A DNA stretch of 64,000 nucleotides, taken from NCBI RefSeq assembly GCF_006345805.1, contig NC_043005.1, positions 42,408,001 to 42,472,000 on the forward strand. The letters run 5' to 3'. The notes beneath the pieces are model-generated. The model was not told the origin of the DNA, did no database searches, and saw only the letters and a program-made list of their open reading frames with translations. Source of the DNA: Octopus sinensis. Its lineage: Eukaryota. Positions 13,766 to 28,565 of the stretch are shown here, piece after piece. Each line of letters starts with the position of its first letter. The stretch's first letter is position 1. Both the position numbers and the translations under genes were made by a program.

Positions 13766-13785
13766 TGTGTGTGTGTGTCTATATT

Positions 13786-13819
<34 letters not shown>

Positions 13820-14368
13820 ATATACATGTGTACGAATGAGAGAGAGAGAGAAAGCGGGAGGGAGAAAAGTTGACCTTTAACTCAAAGAGGTACAAAGCTA
13901 TTTTGGGTGTTTAAGCCAGTTAGTTAATCTTTCTTTTATTTCATCATATAGGTTAAATAGACTTTGGATTACGATATGGGTTCCAATAAAGAATACGATT
14001 TCAGTGAAGTTAAAAAGATTCAGTTTTATCAGGAAAAATTTTATTTAATTAATTTGACCAATTTTGAGAAAACGAACCGAAAGTCTTACCTTTATTGATT
14101 ATGTGAGTGTAAGCACTAACGATCAGTAATGGGTTAAAGAGAGTGCCCTTAAATATAAACATTAAACAGAACATTGCTTAAGCACATTAAATCAATTATT
14201 GGCAGCAGTCAGTGTTTCCTAATACAAAGGATATACTTCTATGACCATTGAATTGGTAACAAAAGTAACAGAAAACTTCACTGACTTCTATCGAAACAAT
14301 ACATGGACTCACCCAAAGTAATCCAGTTATATCACTTGTTTATTCACTGAGACAAATCAATTTTTTAG

Positions 14369-14440
14369 GCTGGAAGCCGTTGTTCAATGTATCAGAGGTC
14401 TCATCTGACAGCAGACATGCTGATTTATACTCTATAGCAG
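14369..14440 (+). CDS. Candidate internal coding exon, unassigned (G)WKPLFNVSEVSSDSRHADLYSIA(G)
   Basis: TTTTTTAG acceptor, CAG|GTACCG donor, 72 nt, only the phase 1-1 frame is open. No homology recognised. Confidence 0.3.
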
Positions 14441-15206
14441 GTACCGCCGTAACAATTAAATCTATTATGATTTATTTCCGGATTTTCAAATAGCTATTAG
14501 ACTTTATCAAATCATTGGTTTCGGGATCAAGTAACGAGAAATAGTCTTTGCAAAATTATTAAGACTGATGTAATAGACAACTCGATTTCTTTCATAGAAT
14601 TTTAAAAGACGAGCAAAAGCAGTAACGTTAATTCTTGCTAGTTCACTCAATAGTTCACAACTTAAAGGCAACTAAACTCAATAATGGTTACATTAAGAGA
14701 TTAACTTCTTCAAATCGAATACAAAATAAGTTTATGATTCTAAAGATTCGTCGAGACGTTCAGTTGAATAGTTTTGCTAAACCAGCCATTTGTTCACAAG
14801 AGTTTTACAGTAAACTAGCAGCATCTACCCCGTACTTACTGTAGACGAATTTTGTCATATTTTCTCGTTTTGTTCTATTTCTGATAGCTGTGGTGGCTTT
14901 GTAGTTTCGCCATTTTGTTGGTTTTACACTTTACTTCACCTTTTTCATTTCTATGTTGTTTCTTGATGTATTTGTATCTACATTGTTAGTTTTCGTCTTT
15001 ACAAAATTCCAGTTTTACATAACTAATCTTCTGCGTTTATTTCTTTGTTGCCTGGCAACTCAAGAGAGACATAATGTAAGAAATGTTTAGAATATAATGT
15101 TACTCTCCCTGCCGTGTAATCCCTGATATCTGCGCAACACTACGATGTGCTGAATTTTGAACAAAAAGACAGTGAAAGCAGTTGTATAGCAGAATCATTA
15201 ACATAT

Positions 15207-15540
15207 GGGCGCAGGAGTGGCTGTGTGGTAAGTAGCTTGCTAACCAACCACATGGTTCCGGGTTCAGTCCCACTGCGTGGCATCTTGGGCAAGTGTCTTC
15301 TGCTATAGCCCCGGGCCGACCAATGCCCCCCTAGCATTGCTTGACAACCGATGCTGGTGTGTTTACGTCCCCGTCACTTAGCGGTTTGGCAAAAGAGACC
15401 GATAGAATAAGTACTGGGCTTACAAAGAATAAGTCCTGGGCTTACAAAGAATAAGTCCTGGGGTCGATTTGCTCGACTAAAGGCGGAGCTCCAGCATGGC
15501 CGCAGTCAAATGACTGAAACAAGTAAAAGAGTAAAAGAGT
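15207..15540 (+). mobile_element. SINE family 3 (head GGCGCAGGAGTGGCTGTGTGG), internally deleted
   Basis: A/B-box head and 3' tail ...GACTGAAACAAGTAAAAGAGTAAAAGAG. A 20-bp internal tandem duplication near 15405-15460. Confidence 0.9.
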
Positions 15541-15699
15541 ATATCTTCCAGTATTTGTTTCAAGTCCTTCCGTTCTGAGTTCAAATTTCGCCCCAAGTGA
15601 AGTTTAATTTCCATCCTTCTCTAGGCGCTGAAGTAGTTGAATTGTTAAACATTGCGGGCAATATTTCGGTATTGGTATATATTTCTTTATTGGTATATA

Positions 15700-15908
15700 T
15701 TTCTTTAGAGGGGACAAACAAAGACAGACAAAGGGCTTTAGTCGATTACATCGACCCCCAGTGCGTAACTGGTACTTTATTTATCGACCCAGAAAGGATG
15801 AAAGACAAAGTCGACCTCGACGGAATTTGAACTCACAACGTAATGGCAGACGAAATACGGCTACGCATTTCGCCCGGCGTGCTAACGTTTCTGCCAGCTC
15901 GCCGCCTT
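15700..15908 (-). mobile_element. SINE family 1 monomer
   Basis: Head at 15908, core present. Confidence 0.9.
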
Positions 15909-16469
15909 ATTTCGGTATTGGTATACTACATCATTCACCTACACAACGGACCGTCATGACACAGATAAAGAGGCTGAAAAGGAGGATGAATGACGTCGTC
16001 TCCTCATACCGACACTCTAGAGAGAGACCACTACTGAAGGATCGATACATGACGCATAAAGCTTTATGGCATTAAGTTTGGCTTTTTATATTGTGAGTTA
16101 TTTTGGTAAAACATATTATTGTTTCTCTGTTAAATGCAAACAAATTTATTCGAATTATTCTAACGTCTTTATTTCGTTTTGTACCAATGTTAGAAATCAA
16201 TATTCCATTTGGGACAACAGTGAACAGTAGATACTATTAAGGGACGAATTAAATGGGTTTTTTTTTTACGTCTCTTTGCATTCTGAGTTCAAACTTCAGA
16301 GGCACAGAATTTGATAATCTTTCTAGATACAGCAGCACGCATTTCAGGATATAGAGCGATGCAATTGTTCAATATTTTCTTTATTTCTTGATTGCCTCCT
16401 GTTTTTAGGTATATGTGGCATTTTATTACGTTTTTCTTTCGAATGTCTTTCTGCTCAACGGTTTTCTGA

Positions 16470-16481
16470 TGATGATGATAT

Positions 16482-16514
<33 letters not shown>

Positions 16515-16547
16515 TATATATTATATGTATGTATGTATGTATGTATG

Positions 16548-16637
<90 letters not shown>

Positions 16638-16692
16638 ATATGTGTGTGTGGTGTGTGTGTGTGTGTATTGTAGTATGTATGTGTGTGTGTGT
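16470..16692. repeat. (TA)n/(TATG)n/(TG)n compound microsatellite
   Basis: Directly visible. Confidence 0.95.
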
Positions 16693-17938
16693 GTAATAAT
16701 AACAATAATCTTAGGATGGAATTTATAAACATTTAATGCACCGCTACGCGCGTTTCCACAAATTATATGACTTTTAAGACCACAGTCCGTATTCCAGTTG
16801 ACCATCATCATTGTTTCATTTTTTCAGGCGATATAACATTAGTGGATGAACCACAGACGGATGTTTTCTCTCTTTTTTTTTTACCAGAATGACGGTCAAA
16901 CGAGTTATGCAGGCACTTTTGTGTGCATTTGTTGGGGAGGAGTAGGTGATGGGAAGAGAGGAAGGAATGGTAGTTATATAGGGATGGAGGTGTTAGTGTG
17001 TGGTGGTGTTGGATTTATTTTGCTATTCAATCAGCAGATGTTAAGGATGGATTTCATTTAAGGCATGACTATCTTCAATAAATTATGAGCTCAACAGGTA
17101 CTGCTGCGATACAATGGGGTTTGTTGACTGAATTGATAAATGCAGTTGCGCATTTTTCTTTTTTACTATCTCTTCTCTGTCTATCTCCCCCTCTCTTGTT
17201 CTTCATCCTTTCTGTTTTTCCCTCCCACCATTCCCTATTCTTCTCTTCTCCCCATCACCGTTCCCTCTCTCTCACTCCTCCTCCTCGACTCTCTCGTCGC
17301 TGACACATGATGAGAGGTAAGCCATCATTCCCACTACTACCTTCACTAAGGCTAAATGGACATATCCTGTCTCTTCATAAGTCGTCTCCTTAAACGTTCA
17401 GAATAAGTTTTCCATCGTCTTGGCTTAAAAGCCCTCACCGTTTGTTTTTACTGTTTTGTTCTCTTTCATCTGTTTTTTACTGTTTTTACTTTTTTATTGT
17501 TTTTACTGTTTTGTTCTCACTGTCCTGTTCTTATTACTACTTTCATCCTCTGCAAAAAATCCCAAATTTTATTTAATTTGCTTTGTGGGGAGGATTGTTT
17601 CAATGAAGTCGCGTCTTGTCCTCACCTTCGGAACGCAGAGTAATTGAAACAGGGGCAACTGAAGAAGGAATATTCTATATGTTGTATGTCTCGTTTTTCT
17701 GGGGTTTTTTTTCGTTGTTTGAAAAAAAAGTTTGTTTCTATGTTTTTGCTTTTATGTTTTCGTTTCTCATTGTGTTTAACGTATTTTTCATGTCCTGTAC
17801 CCATATATGCATGTATATATGCATATATATAGAGGTATGTACATATATGTATGTATATATGCATATATTTATATATCATATATATTTATATATCATATAT
17901 ATTACATGATCGAACGCCACGCATCCTTTTCCAAGAAA

Positions 17939-17989
<51 letters not shown>

Positions 17990-18689
17990 ATACCGTTGAA
18001 AGTGGGATGGACATAGGAAGAATTAAGTTTCATATATATTAAAAAAGACATCATGTCACAGTGCCTGTGCGGGGGAAAGTACAAAGTAACATGGATAACC
18101 TATACCGTGACTGATGAATTCTAATTTTATGTATTTTTGATGTTGCCGAAAACATAAATTAATAACAAATGTGAATCAAATATCAAAATGTCTTCCAGAA
18201 AAAAACGAAAGTTAATTATTATTTTTCCAAGCATAAACAATATCTTCATGTCCTATTCTTGTCTTATATATTTCTCTTCTCTGTCTTTCTGCCTCTCAAT
18301 CTATCTATTTGTGTGTATGTGTGTGTGTCTGCGTGTCTATTGTGTGTATTTCTATGTATGTGTTTAAAAGTTAGCGAACAAACGTAAGGAAATAGCAATC
18401 TACAAATTTAGTTCTAGTTGAAGGTATATAATAACAAGTTGTCTCTGCCTTACATTACCAAAAGTTATGCAGTCACGCGTCTGCGCCTACGAAACTTGAA
18501 ACCTTGTGTAAAGTGGAGATGAGCTAACATTTTATTATGTACGTATGTATGTATGTCGTTACTCAGTTTATTTCAAGATTTCTTGCCAATAGAGAAAGAA
18601 CCGGTTTCTAACCTAAATCCGGGTCTATGTATGTATGTACGTAAGTGTGTACGTATGTATGCATCATGCATGTATGTATGTATTGTATG

Positions 18690-18721
<32 letters not shown>

Positions 18722-18727
18722 GTGTGT

Positions 18728-18796
<69 letters not shown>

Positions 18797-18816
18797 TTGT
18801 ATGTGTGTGTGTGTGT

Positions 18817-19133
18817 GGAGGTGCAATGGCCCAATGGTTAGGGCAGCGTACTCGCGGTTGTAGGATCGCAGTTTCGATTCCCAGACCGGGCGTTGTGAGT
18901 GTTTATTGAGCGAAAACACCTAAAGCTCCACGAGGCTCCGGCAGGGGGGGGGGGGGGCGATCCCTGCTGTACTCTTTCGCCACAACTTTCTCTCTCTCTC
19001 TTTCTTCTGTTGGCCTTCTCGCTTAGCCAGCGGGGTGGCATCATTTGAAGGCTAAAACAATGCGAAGCGCATCGTGACCAGCGATGTGTAGCAACATCTG
19101 ATAGCCTGGTCGGTCACGGTGATCACGGTGATA
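18817..19133 (+). mobile_element. SINE family 2 (head GGAGGCGCAATGGCCCAGTGG) with an alternative 3' tail
   Basis: The 5' 170 bp match the 28566 and 46548 copies. The 3' end differs and finishes in CACGGTGAT x2. Confidence 0.85.
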
Positions 19134-19423
19134 TATATATATATATATATCATCACCATCATCATCATCATCAAGCTAAAAAGACAAAAAAAAAAGAGTT
19201 TATCGCACCAGTAATGACAAATTATATTTGTTTGTTGCTGCTTCTGTATCAGCTCTGTTTTCACCGCCAATTCACGTCCAAGTTCCATGTGAAAAGTTAC
19301 GTAATCTTTTGCGGTTTTAAACATCGGAGTGGCACGACACTTGGCATAGGCAAAATGTAAGATAGCACTTTTGATGCAAGTCTGAAGAAGTGCCACTCTA
19401 CTTTATACTGAAGAAGTGCCACT

Positions 19424-19727
19424 CTAGCATTATCGCCCGGCGTTGCTCGGGTTTGTAAGGGAAATAACTATATAAGCATTTTTAGAGAGTTACTTCCCTT
19501 ATATGATAGCAAAAAAATGCATTAAAAATGGGAAAAAATGATGGTAAATGTTTTTTTTAAATCGTAGACTCATCATAGACGCACGCTAATACCCAGAAGG
19601 GCTCGATATGAATGACGACTATAAGATACCCGCTTTTGGTTAAACTGCACCGCAAAATGTGGGAGTAGTTAGGAATCTAATTCGAAGGGGACAGACACTC
19701 ACACAACTTCACTTTTATATATAAAGA
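19424..19727 (-). mobile_element. Non-autonomous Helitron related to 10437-10808
   Basis: Reverse complement shares the TC...TATATATAAA start, the 3' 130 bp, the hairpin and CTAG. The middle differs. Confidence 0.8.
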
Positions 19728-21832
19728 TATACATCTACTATATTACTGAGAATGTATGAAGTTGTGTGTTTTGTCTCGAAAGGTTCTGAAAGAGTGCGTT
19801 CTCGAGAAAAACTAATTTGATTTTCGAAATCTGTGTCTCGAAATGAAGGTTGTCTGTAAATAAAATAAATAGAAAAATATAATTTCCTAAGTTAAATAAC
19901 TCAACTTTTAGATCGACAAATCTTCCATCCTCTATCTGTCACAACCAAGCTCTCTCCCTTTTACGTCTTCCTCTCTCTCTATATATATATATATAAAATA
20001 ACCACACTCTATTACTCTCTCTGTGTATATGTGTTATCTCTCACGCATGCTGTCTCTCCCTTTCTCTTCATACGACATTATTGTTTTCATTGTGGTCAAA
20101 ACTTCCTCTCGTAATATTTACTTTCATTTTATGACAGCTTTAACGCACACAATACCAACTTCCAAATCTGGTTTTCTGGTTGGGTAAAAATGATCAGACT
20201 TTAACAGCACTGTAGCATTTTCCTACAATTTTTGTGGAGTAAAGGAATTCCCAAATCGGATTCAGCGTGAAAAAGCATATCAATATATCAAATTTGAAAA
20301 TTTCTAAACCCGTGACAACAACAGACTCTCTCTCTCTCTCTCTCTGCCTCTGTCTGTCTGTCTCTCTCTCTCTCTTTCTCGCTCTCCCTCTGTCTGTCTG
20401 TCTCTCTCTGTCTCTCTCTCTCTCATCGTCTCATTCTTTTTTCACTTTTCACATTGTAAACTTAGCCCTCTCTATATGCATATTTATCATACTCTCACTT
20501 TCTGTATATCGCTCGCACTAAGTATGTGTGCATGTGTGTGTGTGTGTGTATGAGTGTGTGTGTGTGTGTGCGTGTGTGTGTGTGTGTAACGAATTTCATT
20601 AGGTCGACAGGGTGATTTTAAAAAGATATGTAAAAGATAATTGATTATAACAGCTTACTTTTCTGTTAGTAAATATGGTTTTTTCTTGCACATACGCACG
20701 AGCACCACCCACATGCACACACATGCACACATATACACACATATGCACACAAACTCGCTTGGTGCGAGACGGGATACAGAAACTTTAAATTACAAATTTT
20801 TCGTTGCTTTTGTTTAAATCGCAGCAAGGGCTAAGCAAAATCGTTACATCCACATCACCATTCCAACAATGTGCTTCTGGAGAGAAAAATATTGTAAAAA
20901 CATCAATACATGTCAGAGGGACGAAGAAATGAGGAAGGTACAAGGTGGTCGTAGGATGTGCTATAAGCAACAGGTAAAATTGTTTTCAAACAAATTGCAG
21001 ATTCGGATTGTCGTTATTTTTTAAAAATAAGAATTTCGAAAAAAAAGCAGGAATTTAGGATTTATGGGTGGGGTGGGAGATAATGACGACATTTGAAAAC
21101 ATTTCACTGTTGTTTTTAAATTATACTTCATTTTCTTTTTGAAAATAAAGGAAGAGTAGATCCTAATGATGATCACTGATTTCTAAATATGTATTTTTTA
21201 GCCGAGAAGGCTTCTCCCATCACTTTTATGTGCGTAGTGCAAAAAACATTGGCCAACACGGTATTTAGTGGAAGAGAGGGATTTGAAAATAAAAATACTA
21301 AATTTTCAAAACTTATTTTAATAAGACATTCTCCCTATCAGTCGGAAAAGAGGAGTGAAAAAAGAAGTTAAATCCCCGCCAAAACGAAGGAAATCCAACG
21401 TATGCAGGCGTGCTATTTCGAAAGACTGTCAAGACATTCTATTGTGAGAACTGAGTAGCAACGACAATAAGTAAAAGGGATGACACAGGAAAAACAACGG
21501 TTATGTCATGAACTTCAATAGCTTACAGCAGTTTCTCCCATGAGATGCAGTAGACTCTTAGTCGAGTACTTGAATAACATCATATAGCTTCATCGAAGCC
21601 TCGAATGTGAAATGCAATTTATTTTGGAAAAAAAGAGCTACATTTTTGCAATATACAGGGAAGACGTTCTCTGTATATTACATCGATTGAGCTATATGAT
21701 ATCATTCAGGAACTGCATCTTGTAGCAGAAACTGCTGTTAGCTAATGAAGTACATAACATAACCATTGTTTTCATGTGACATCACTTGATATATGTATAT
21801 ATATATATATTATATATATAATATATATTCCT

Positions 21833-21911
21833 GAGCGCCATACTAATACAATTGTTTGTTTGTATTCCACCTGCCTTCGCCTTTTGTCTATTTTCATAAA
21901 GCTTCCCGTTA
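21833..21911 (+). repeat. Fragment of the 7015-7572 repeat inserted in (TA)n
   Basis: TGAGCGCCATACTAATACAATTGTTTGTTTG...AAAGCTTCCCGTT, near-identical to 7493-7572. Confidence 0.8.
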
Positions 21912-21917
21912 TATATA

Positions 21918-21973
<56 letters not shown>

Positions 21974-22149
21974 ATATATATATTCTGGTATTTTCTTATG
22001 TGTTTCAGCTTTAAGGGTGTGGCCATGCTAGAAGATATATATATATATATTTCGAAATAGGATCGCGTAGTATATATAAAACTATAGATAATAGCATGTA
22101 AATATTGAACTGAAAACCTTAGTGGAGAGAATAAATATAAACACACAAG

Positions 22150-22163
22150 CGCGTATGCATATA

Positions 22164-22221
<58 letters not shown>

Positions 22222-22313
22222 TTATATATATATATATATATGTATGTATTTATGCATGTATATGTCTATGCATATGCATATATATCATATATATATGTCT
22301 GTGTTCGCATGTA

Positions 22314-22402
<89 letters not shown>
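22150..22402. repeat. (TA)n/(TG)n compound microsatellite
   Basis: Directly visible. Confidence 0.95.
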
Positions 22403-22405
<3 letters not shown>

Positions 22406-23056
22406 TTTGACAGTATTTATACATGTGTATGAAGGAAAAATACAATGAATGATAAGAAAAAACCCATAGATGTTGGTATTGATATCATACTCGTGTTTAT
22501 ATATCTCCCAACGCTTGCAATACACATATCTGTATACATAAACACATGCATACATGTAAGTGTGTATTTGTTTGGGTGTTGGTATATACCAACGAATATG
22601 ATACGCATATATTAATATGTATTCATAAATACATACATACATACATATACATATATATATACATGCATATTTGTATAATTGGGTGTACAATAAACACATA
22701 TTGGTATACACTTATGCATACGCGCATACACTCACACAGGCAATTTATGCTTGAGTGTGCGTATATATATATATATATATATATCTATATATATATATAT
22801 ATATATAAGTGTGTGTCATTATGTGATTGTGTACACCCATTTATACAAATATACATATTAATATGCTCGTCTGTTCATAGTCGTATCCACACATTTTATG
22901 TTTTACTGATACACAAGCATCTACATGCACCACTCCACTCAAACACACACTCACAAACTCTCTCTCACTCACTCAGTCCCTCACACACAAACACACATAT
23001 GTACACACATCTCTAAACATATACTTACCTACATATACATATACATATATATATAT

Positions 23057-23104
<48 letters not shown>

Positions 23105-24830
23105 TATATATATATATATTATATATATATATATCTATATATATGGTTGCGAGTTCATTTGGGGAATATTTCTACTTAAGTGTGCAGTCGTTTTTCACCA
23201 CTTCAAAACGCTCATTTCGTGTAAAATACATCTGTACTTTTTTTCTGAAGTGTTGCTTCTATAATTTTTTTTTTGTACATTGTCATTTTGATTAATACTT
23301 TTTTTTTTTTTTACTAATCAGGACCTCTTTGAGAAGCTTTCGTTTATTGGAGTATTTGTCTGTATATATTACTACATTTATCACGAATCTTCATTTTCCT
23401 TTTTTACTCTTATTCACTTTCATAATTATTTATGCATATATGTATATGAATTTTTTTTCAAATTATTCAAGTTGTTATTTTTTTTATTCGAGATATTCAC
23501 CTTAATTTGTATTTCTTTAGTGTTTCCTAAATTTCTTTTCCCTTTATGGTATTTTTTTTTTATATAATGTTTGTCGCATGGATTTTGTGGAGAAAAATAA
23601 AAACACATTCTGAAAGAGAGATTTCTTTCGAAATAAGATATATGTAAAGATAAACTAAAAGAGAGAAAATACAAGGAAAATACAAGGAAAATACAAGGAA
23701 ATCTCGCTACTTGTGCGTTACATATTCAGCTCATTCACTAGATATTAAAGTCTGAGAGCATGTGTCGCTACTTAAATATATTTTTCAAATATATTTAAGT
23801 ACTTTCTTTCCTGCAAGTGTGCATGAATTCTTGTATGAATGTAGGTCTGTATATATGTATTTGTGCATATGTACATGTGTGTATGTGTGTGTGTGTGTAT
23901 GTGGTTGCGTATGCATGTATAATAGTAAGTTTTGTGTATGTCCCCCAACTCATATTTCGGCGTATGGTATGCGTCTTTGCCACATTTTCATTGAGTGGAA
24001 TATTTAATTGCTAAGTCCTTCCTATAAGATTAAGTGGTATATTAATGTTATAACGAAATTCAAGTTGTTGACGTAACTTTCCTATGTGTGTGTGTGTGTG
24101 TGTGTACGTGTGTGTAGGCATGTAGATCTATCAACTCTGTGTGTGTGTGTGTGTGCGCATGCGTGTGTGTATGGGTGTGTTAAAAACATCCATTTCCTGA
24201 CCTGGCTCCACATGAATCTATTACAACATGTTCCCTGGATTATTTTTTTGTCCCAATTATTCTGGTATTCGTGACGCCAAAATAAAATACTCTAGATTTC
24301 GCAGGAATAATGTTTGTAATAATTATTTTATCTCAACAAAAATAAACTTCACGGATCAGTAAAGTCTGCTTTGAACATTGATAAAAAGTTATAAATTTTT
24401 ATCCATAATTTGAAAAGTATTGGAACAAAATATAATTTTGCATTCGAAGTTTGATTACACATGAAACAAGCAGCATGTAAATAACTAAATTGTCCGAATA
24501 TAAGCAAGCACAAACACACACACACACACACACACACACGAATGTGTGTGGTTTAACGTTCAGATTATGATCGTCGTAACTTGGAATTTATTCCGAGACT
24601 GGGGGGGGGGCACGTTGCATCAATGAACAAGGCGCTTTATTTTCTGTAATATATGCTTGTCGTATCCTTGTATATGCTAGTTATGTCCTTGATTTTCGTT
24701 TGGTTCAGGCGTCGGTGGGTGGAAAGAAAGTCTAAATCTGCTCTCGACTACATAGCCATTTGAAAGAATTGGCTAAAAATCATTGTACATGTTACCAAGT
24801 CATACTTATAAACATGTGACGGCTATGATT

Positions 24831-24887
<57 letters not shown>

Positions 24888-24973
24888 TGATAGACAGATA
24901 GGTAGGTATGTAGGTAGGTAGGTAGGTTGGTAGGTAGGTAGGTAGGTAGGTAGGTAGGTAGGTAACTACTTAA

Positions 24974-25028
<55 letters not shown>
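24831..25028. repeat. (GATA)n-(GGTA)n-(GT)n compound microsatellite
   Basis: Directly visible. Confidence 0.95.
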
Positions 25029-25031
<3 letters not shown>

Positions 25032-25364
25032 AATCAAGGGAGATTCCCAGTATTAACCAATATGTAATCTTCAAATGTCAAAATCAAATAATAATGGAAA
25101 TATGGTACATATCGCATCGATATACACTTTTTCTAATTGTCTCTCCTAAAACGCGTGTCTCTTTTTTAATACACACTATAGAAAATACTAGCCAGGAATG
25201 TTTATATAGGAGATGAAGGTACAAGCAAGGAGGCAACGATATCAGAAACAGATGAGAGAGCTGGGTTTATGTATGCTTAAGGGCGACGGAATCTTTGACT
25301 AAAGTCGTACATGACCCAATGCGCGTGTTAAAGAAGGACCTTTGAATTACAGATACAGACCATG

Positions 25365-25520
25365 CAACGGGCTTCCGCACAGTTTCTGTTTACTTAAGTT
25401 TGCTAACAAGGTTTGGATCAGGCTATGGCAACTCCGCTTGCCCTGGATTTCATGCAGTTGGATTGAACCGGAGACACCGTGATTGTTGAAAGGACTTCTT
25501 AACTATCCGGTCATGTTACA
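25365..25520 (-). mobile_element. Degenerate SINE family 3, 5' half
   Basis: Remnants of CCGGTTCAATCC and AAACTGTGCGGAAGCCCG on the minus strand. Confidence 0.55.
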
Positions 25521-25675
25521 CCCATACGGACAGTAAATCGTATTCTTAACTACATCAATTGCAACGAACCAACATCTCCATCATTGCTGTCGACACCACC
25601 ATCACCACCAACGTCATCAGTCATCATCACCATCACGAACTGCAACCATCGCAACTACCATTGACTGTACATTAT

Positions 25676-25788
25676 ATACATTTGACGGATATTTGTCCTC
25701 ATATTGTTTGTTGTTTCGGCTGATATACCCTCCAGCCTTCACCTAAGTTCTCATTCCTAAAGTATTTTTCGATGTTATTATTATTTTC

Positions 25789-25827
<39 letters not shown>

Positions 25828-25883
25828 CTGCCTGGAATCGAACTCGGAATCTTGGGGTTTGTAGTCCGCGTGGGCAATTATGG
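25676..25883 (-). mobile_element. tRNA-headed hammerhead element, copy with deleted ribozyme core
   Basis: Intact B box GAGTTCGATTCC (25834-25845), internal (AAT)n, then a body matching 34164-34350 and 35285-35440 with a deletion through CUGAUGA. Confidence 0.8.
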
Positions 25884-25927
25884 AGTGAATTTGTGGGGCT
25901 TATAGATACAGAAGTGAACCATTGACT

Positions 25928-26135
25928 GATTTCAAATTTTAGCATAAGGCCAACTGTTTCGGGAGAAGGGGCCAGTCGGTTTCATCGACCCCAGTACTCA
26001 ACTGATACTTACTTTGTCAACCCCGGAAGGATGAAAGGTAAAGTCAACCTCTGCAGAATTTGAACTCAGAAAGTGAAGACGGACGAAATACCGCTAATCA
26101 TTTCGCCCAGCGCGCTAACCATTCTGCCAACTTGC
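25928..26135 (-). mobile_element. SINE family 1 monomer
   Basis: Head, core and tail recognisable. Confidence 0.85.
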
Positions 26136-26199
26136 TGCAACTACCGTTAACCACAATAACAATAAACTGTCACTACTAATAGCCTAACAATGAAACTAC

Positions 26200-26700
26200 C
26201 ATGATTTCAGTTCTGCCGCCATCGTTACTTAATGTTTACTACATTAGCAACACTTCTACTCCTCCCACCCACTAACTTCATATTTGCCATCACCGCCATC
26301 ACCACGAACACCACCATCATTATCACCACCACCACCACCGCCGCCACCACCACCATCATCATTTCCATGACCGTGGCTATCAACAGATCCCGCGATAATC
26401 AACCAGCACTAATGCTACCACAATGCAACAGCCCTACCGTCACCCCTCCTCGCACACTCAACATCGACGCTACTACCGCTTAACAATTATCATCAGCAGT
26501 TCTTCTCCCCCTACACAAAATAGCATCAACACCACCACATCACAATCATTAGCACTACCACTACACACACACGTCGGCAGGACCATCGCCGCACAGACTT
26601 CATCAAAATCGCCGCCACCATTGCAGAAACCACCGCCACCACCAGCATCACTATCACCATCACAGTGCCACTATCACAACCATCATTTCGTCTTCCAAAT
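26200..26700. repeat. Degenerate (CAC/CAT/CAA)n low-complexity tract
   Basis: Directly visible; explains the Thr/Ser/His-rich ORFs here. Confidence 0.85.
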
Positions 26701-27520
26701 TGGTATTTCATTCTTTACAAGCTGTTGTTTTTATTAAAAAGAAAAGAAAAACTCTCTCTTTTAGAAATAATTAGTTCTATATTTTGCCTCGCTCTGGTAT
26801 GCTGTCTTTATCGATTATGTCAGAAATGGATCAATGCTGTTGAAATATATCAAATATTTTACGGCTGATTGCATACATCCGTTAAGGTGAAAAGAAAATC
26901 GGACAATTGCCACCTGTCTATTGATTAGAGGAAAATTAACGGCTCCTAGTTGAAAAGTTAGTGGACTTGTTATCAAATAAAATGACATTTCTAATAAAGA
27001 AAAAAAGACACCATTGAAAGAAAACTAAGAATAAATACGGCAAATACGACTTTATCAAAATTTTCCTTTTGTATTGAATGTATGTGCGTGTATGTGTACG
27101 TGTGAGTGAGTATATAACTGTGTACATCACACGTGTGAATTAAGCTGATAGGCAAATTTATATATACATATATATATATATAATTTTTATTAGCTTCTGT
27201 TTCTTTCCTTCTAGTCCCCTACCTTTAGATAAATAGATTTATACGTTTATTCCGTGAAAGCATGTCACCCATTGTCTGCTTCAGTGGACAAAGTCTTTTG
27301 TACCTTTCCGTTTCTTTGCCCTCTGCCCTTTCAGTCGTTCTGTACGATAATACTGGAATTCTACATTTGGGATCCTAAACGAAGAAGTAGATAATATCAT
27401 GTTTCGGTATAACAGAGGTTACAGCGCATAGTGTATACAAGCCAATGATCGATGTGCCTGGCTGGAAACAGTATTGTCATCATTTAATCATATAAGACTA
27501 ACAAGACGCGCGTAATGTGA

Positions 27521-28122
27521 TTCTTATTTCTTATTTCTTTATTGCCCACAAGGGGCTAAACACAGAGGAGACAAACAAGGACATTAAGTCGGTTACATCG
27601 ACCCCAGTGCGTAACTGGTACTTAATTTATGTACCCTGAAAGGATGAAAGGCAAAGTCGACCTCGGCAAGATTTCAACTCAGAACGTAGCGACGAGCGAA
27701 ATACCTATTTCTTTACTACCCACAAGGGGCTAAACACAGAGAGGACAAACAAGGACAGACAAATGGATTAAGTCGATTATGTCGACCCCAGTGCGTAACT
27801 GGTACTTAATTTATCGACCCCGAAAGAATGAAAGGCAAAATCAACCTCGGCGGAATTTGAAATCAGAATGTAGCGGCAGACGAAATACTTATTTCTTTAT
27901 TACTCACAAGGGGCTAAACATAGAGGGGACAAACAAGGACAGACATAGGTATTAAGTCGATTACATCGTCCCCAGTGCGTAACTGGTATTTAATTTATCG
28001 ACCCCGAAAGGATGAAAGGCAAAGTCTATCTCGGCGGAATTTGAACTCAGAACGTAACGGCAGACGAAATACCGCTAAGCATTTCGCCCGGCGAGCTAAC
28101 GTTTCTGCCAGCTCGCCGCCTT
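27521..28122 (-). mobile_element. SINE family 1 trimer with terminal (AAGAAAT)n tail
   Basis: One head (28122), internal junctions at 27704 and 27888 (period 184 bp). Confidence 0.92.
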
Positions 28123-28565
28123 AATGTGATTCTGGATGCTCGTGGAATAGGAAACAGGACCACTACGGCTGGAACACTTTCTTCCTAACTGAACTCACTT
28201 GCAGCTGACTTGGTACTAAACAATTACAACAACAAAAGATTGTTTAAAACAACTTGTTGTTTGTCGTTGTTGGTATATTTGTAATACTTGCCGTGGCAGA
28301 CACACTTTTTTTATTTCGGATCGTTTCGCTTCTGTACCAACATCAGTTCTACCAAAATAGCTGATAGTACAACCCCAGTAAACCTACCTTCAATATTAAT
28401 CATTGACAAGACACTGAAAATTGATTGATCGCTCACACACGTTGTATTCATGGACAAAAATGTAGCACTTCACTAAATGCGAAGTTATCTGTGTGTATCG
28501 CCATGGTATGCAGCTTCATCTCAAACCGTACGCTGCTAAATGCAAAACTTCTACTACTAAACTGT

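Noticed and set aside
19382-19426. 19-bp direct duplication at the Helitron 3' end
   Set aside because: Both copies lie on the same side of the element, so it is not a TSD; likely local slippage.
27521-28122. Regularly spaced repeats that could suggest a CRISPR-like array
   Set aside because: The units are contiguous SINE segments of about 184 bp with no unique spacers, in eukaryotic context.
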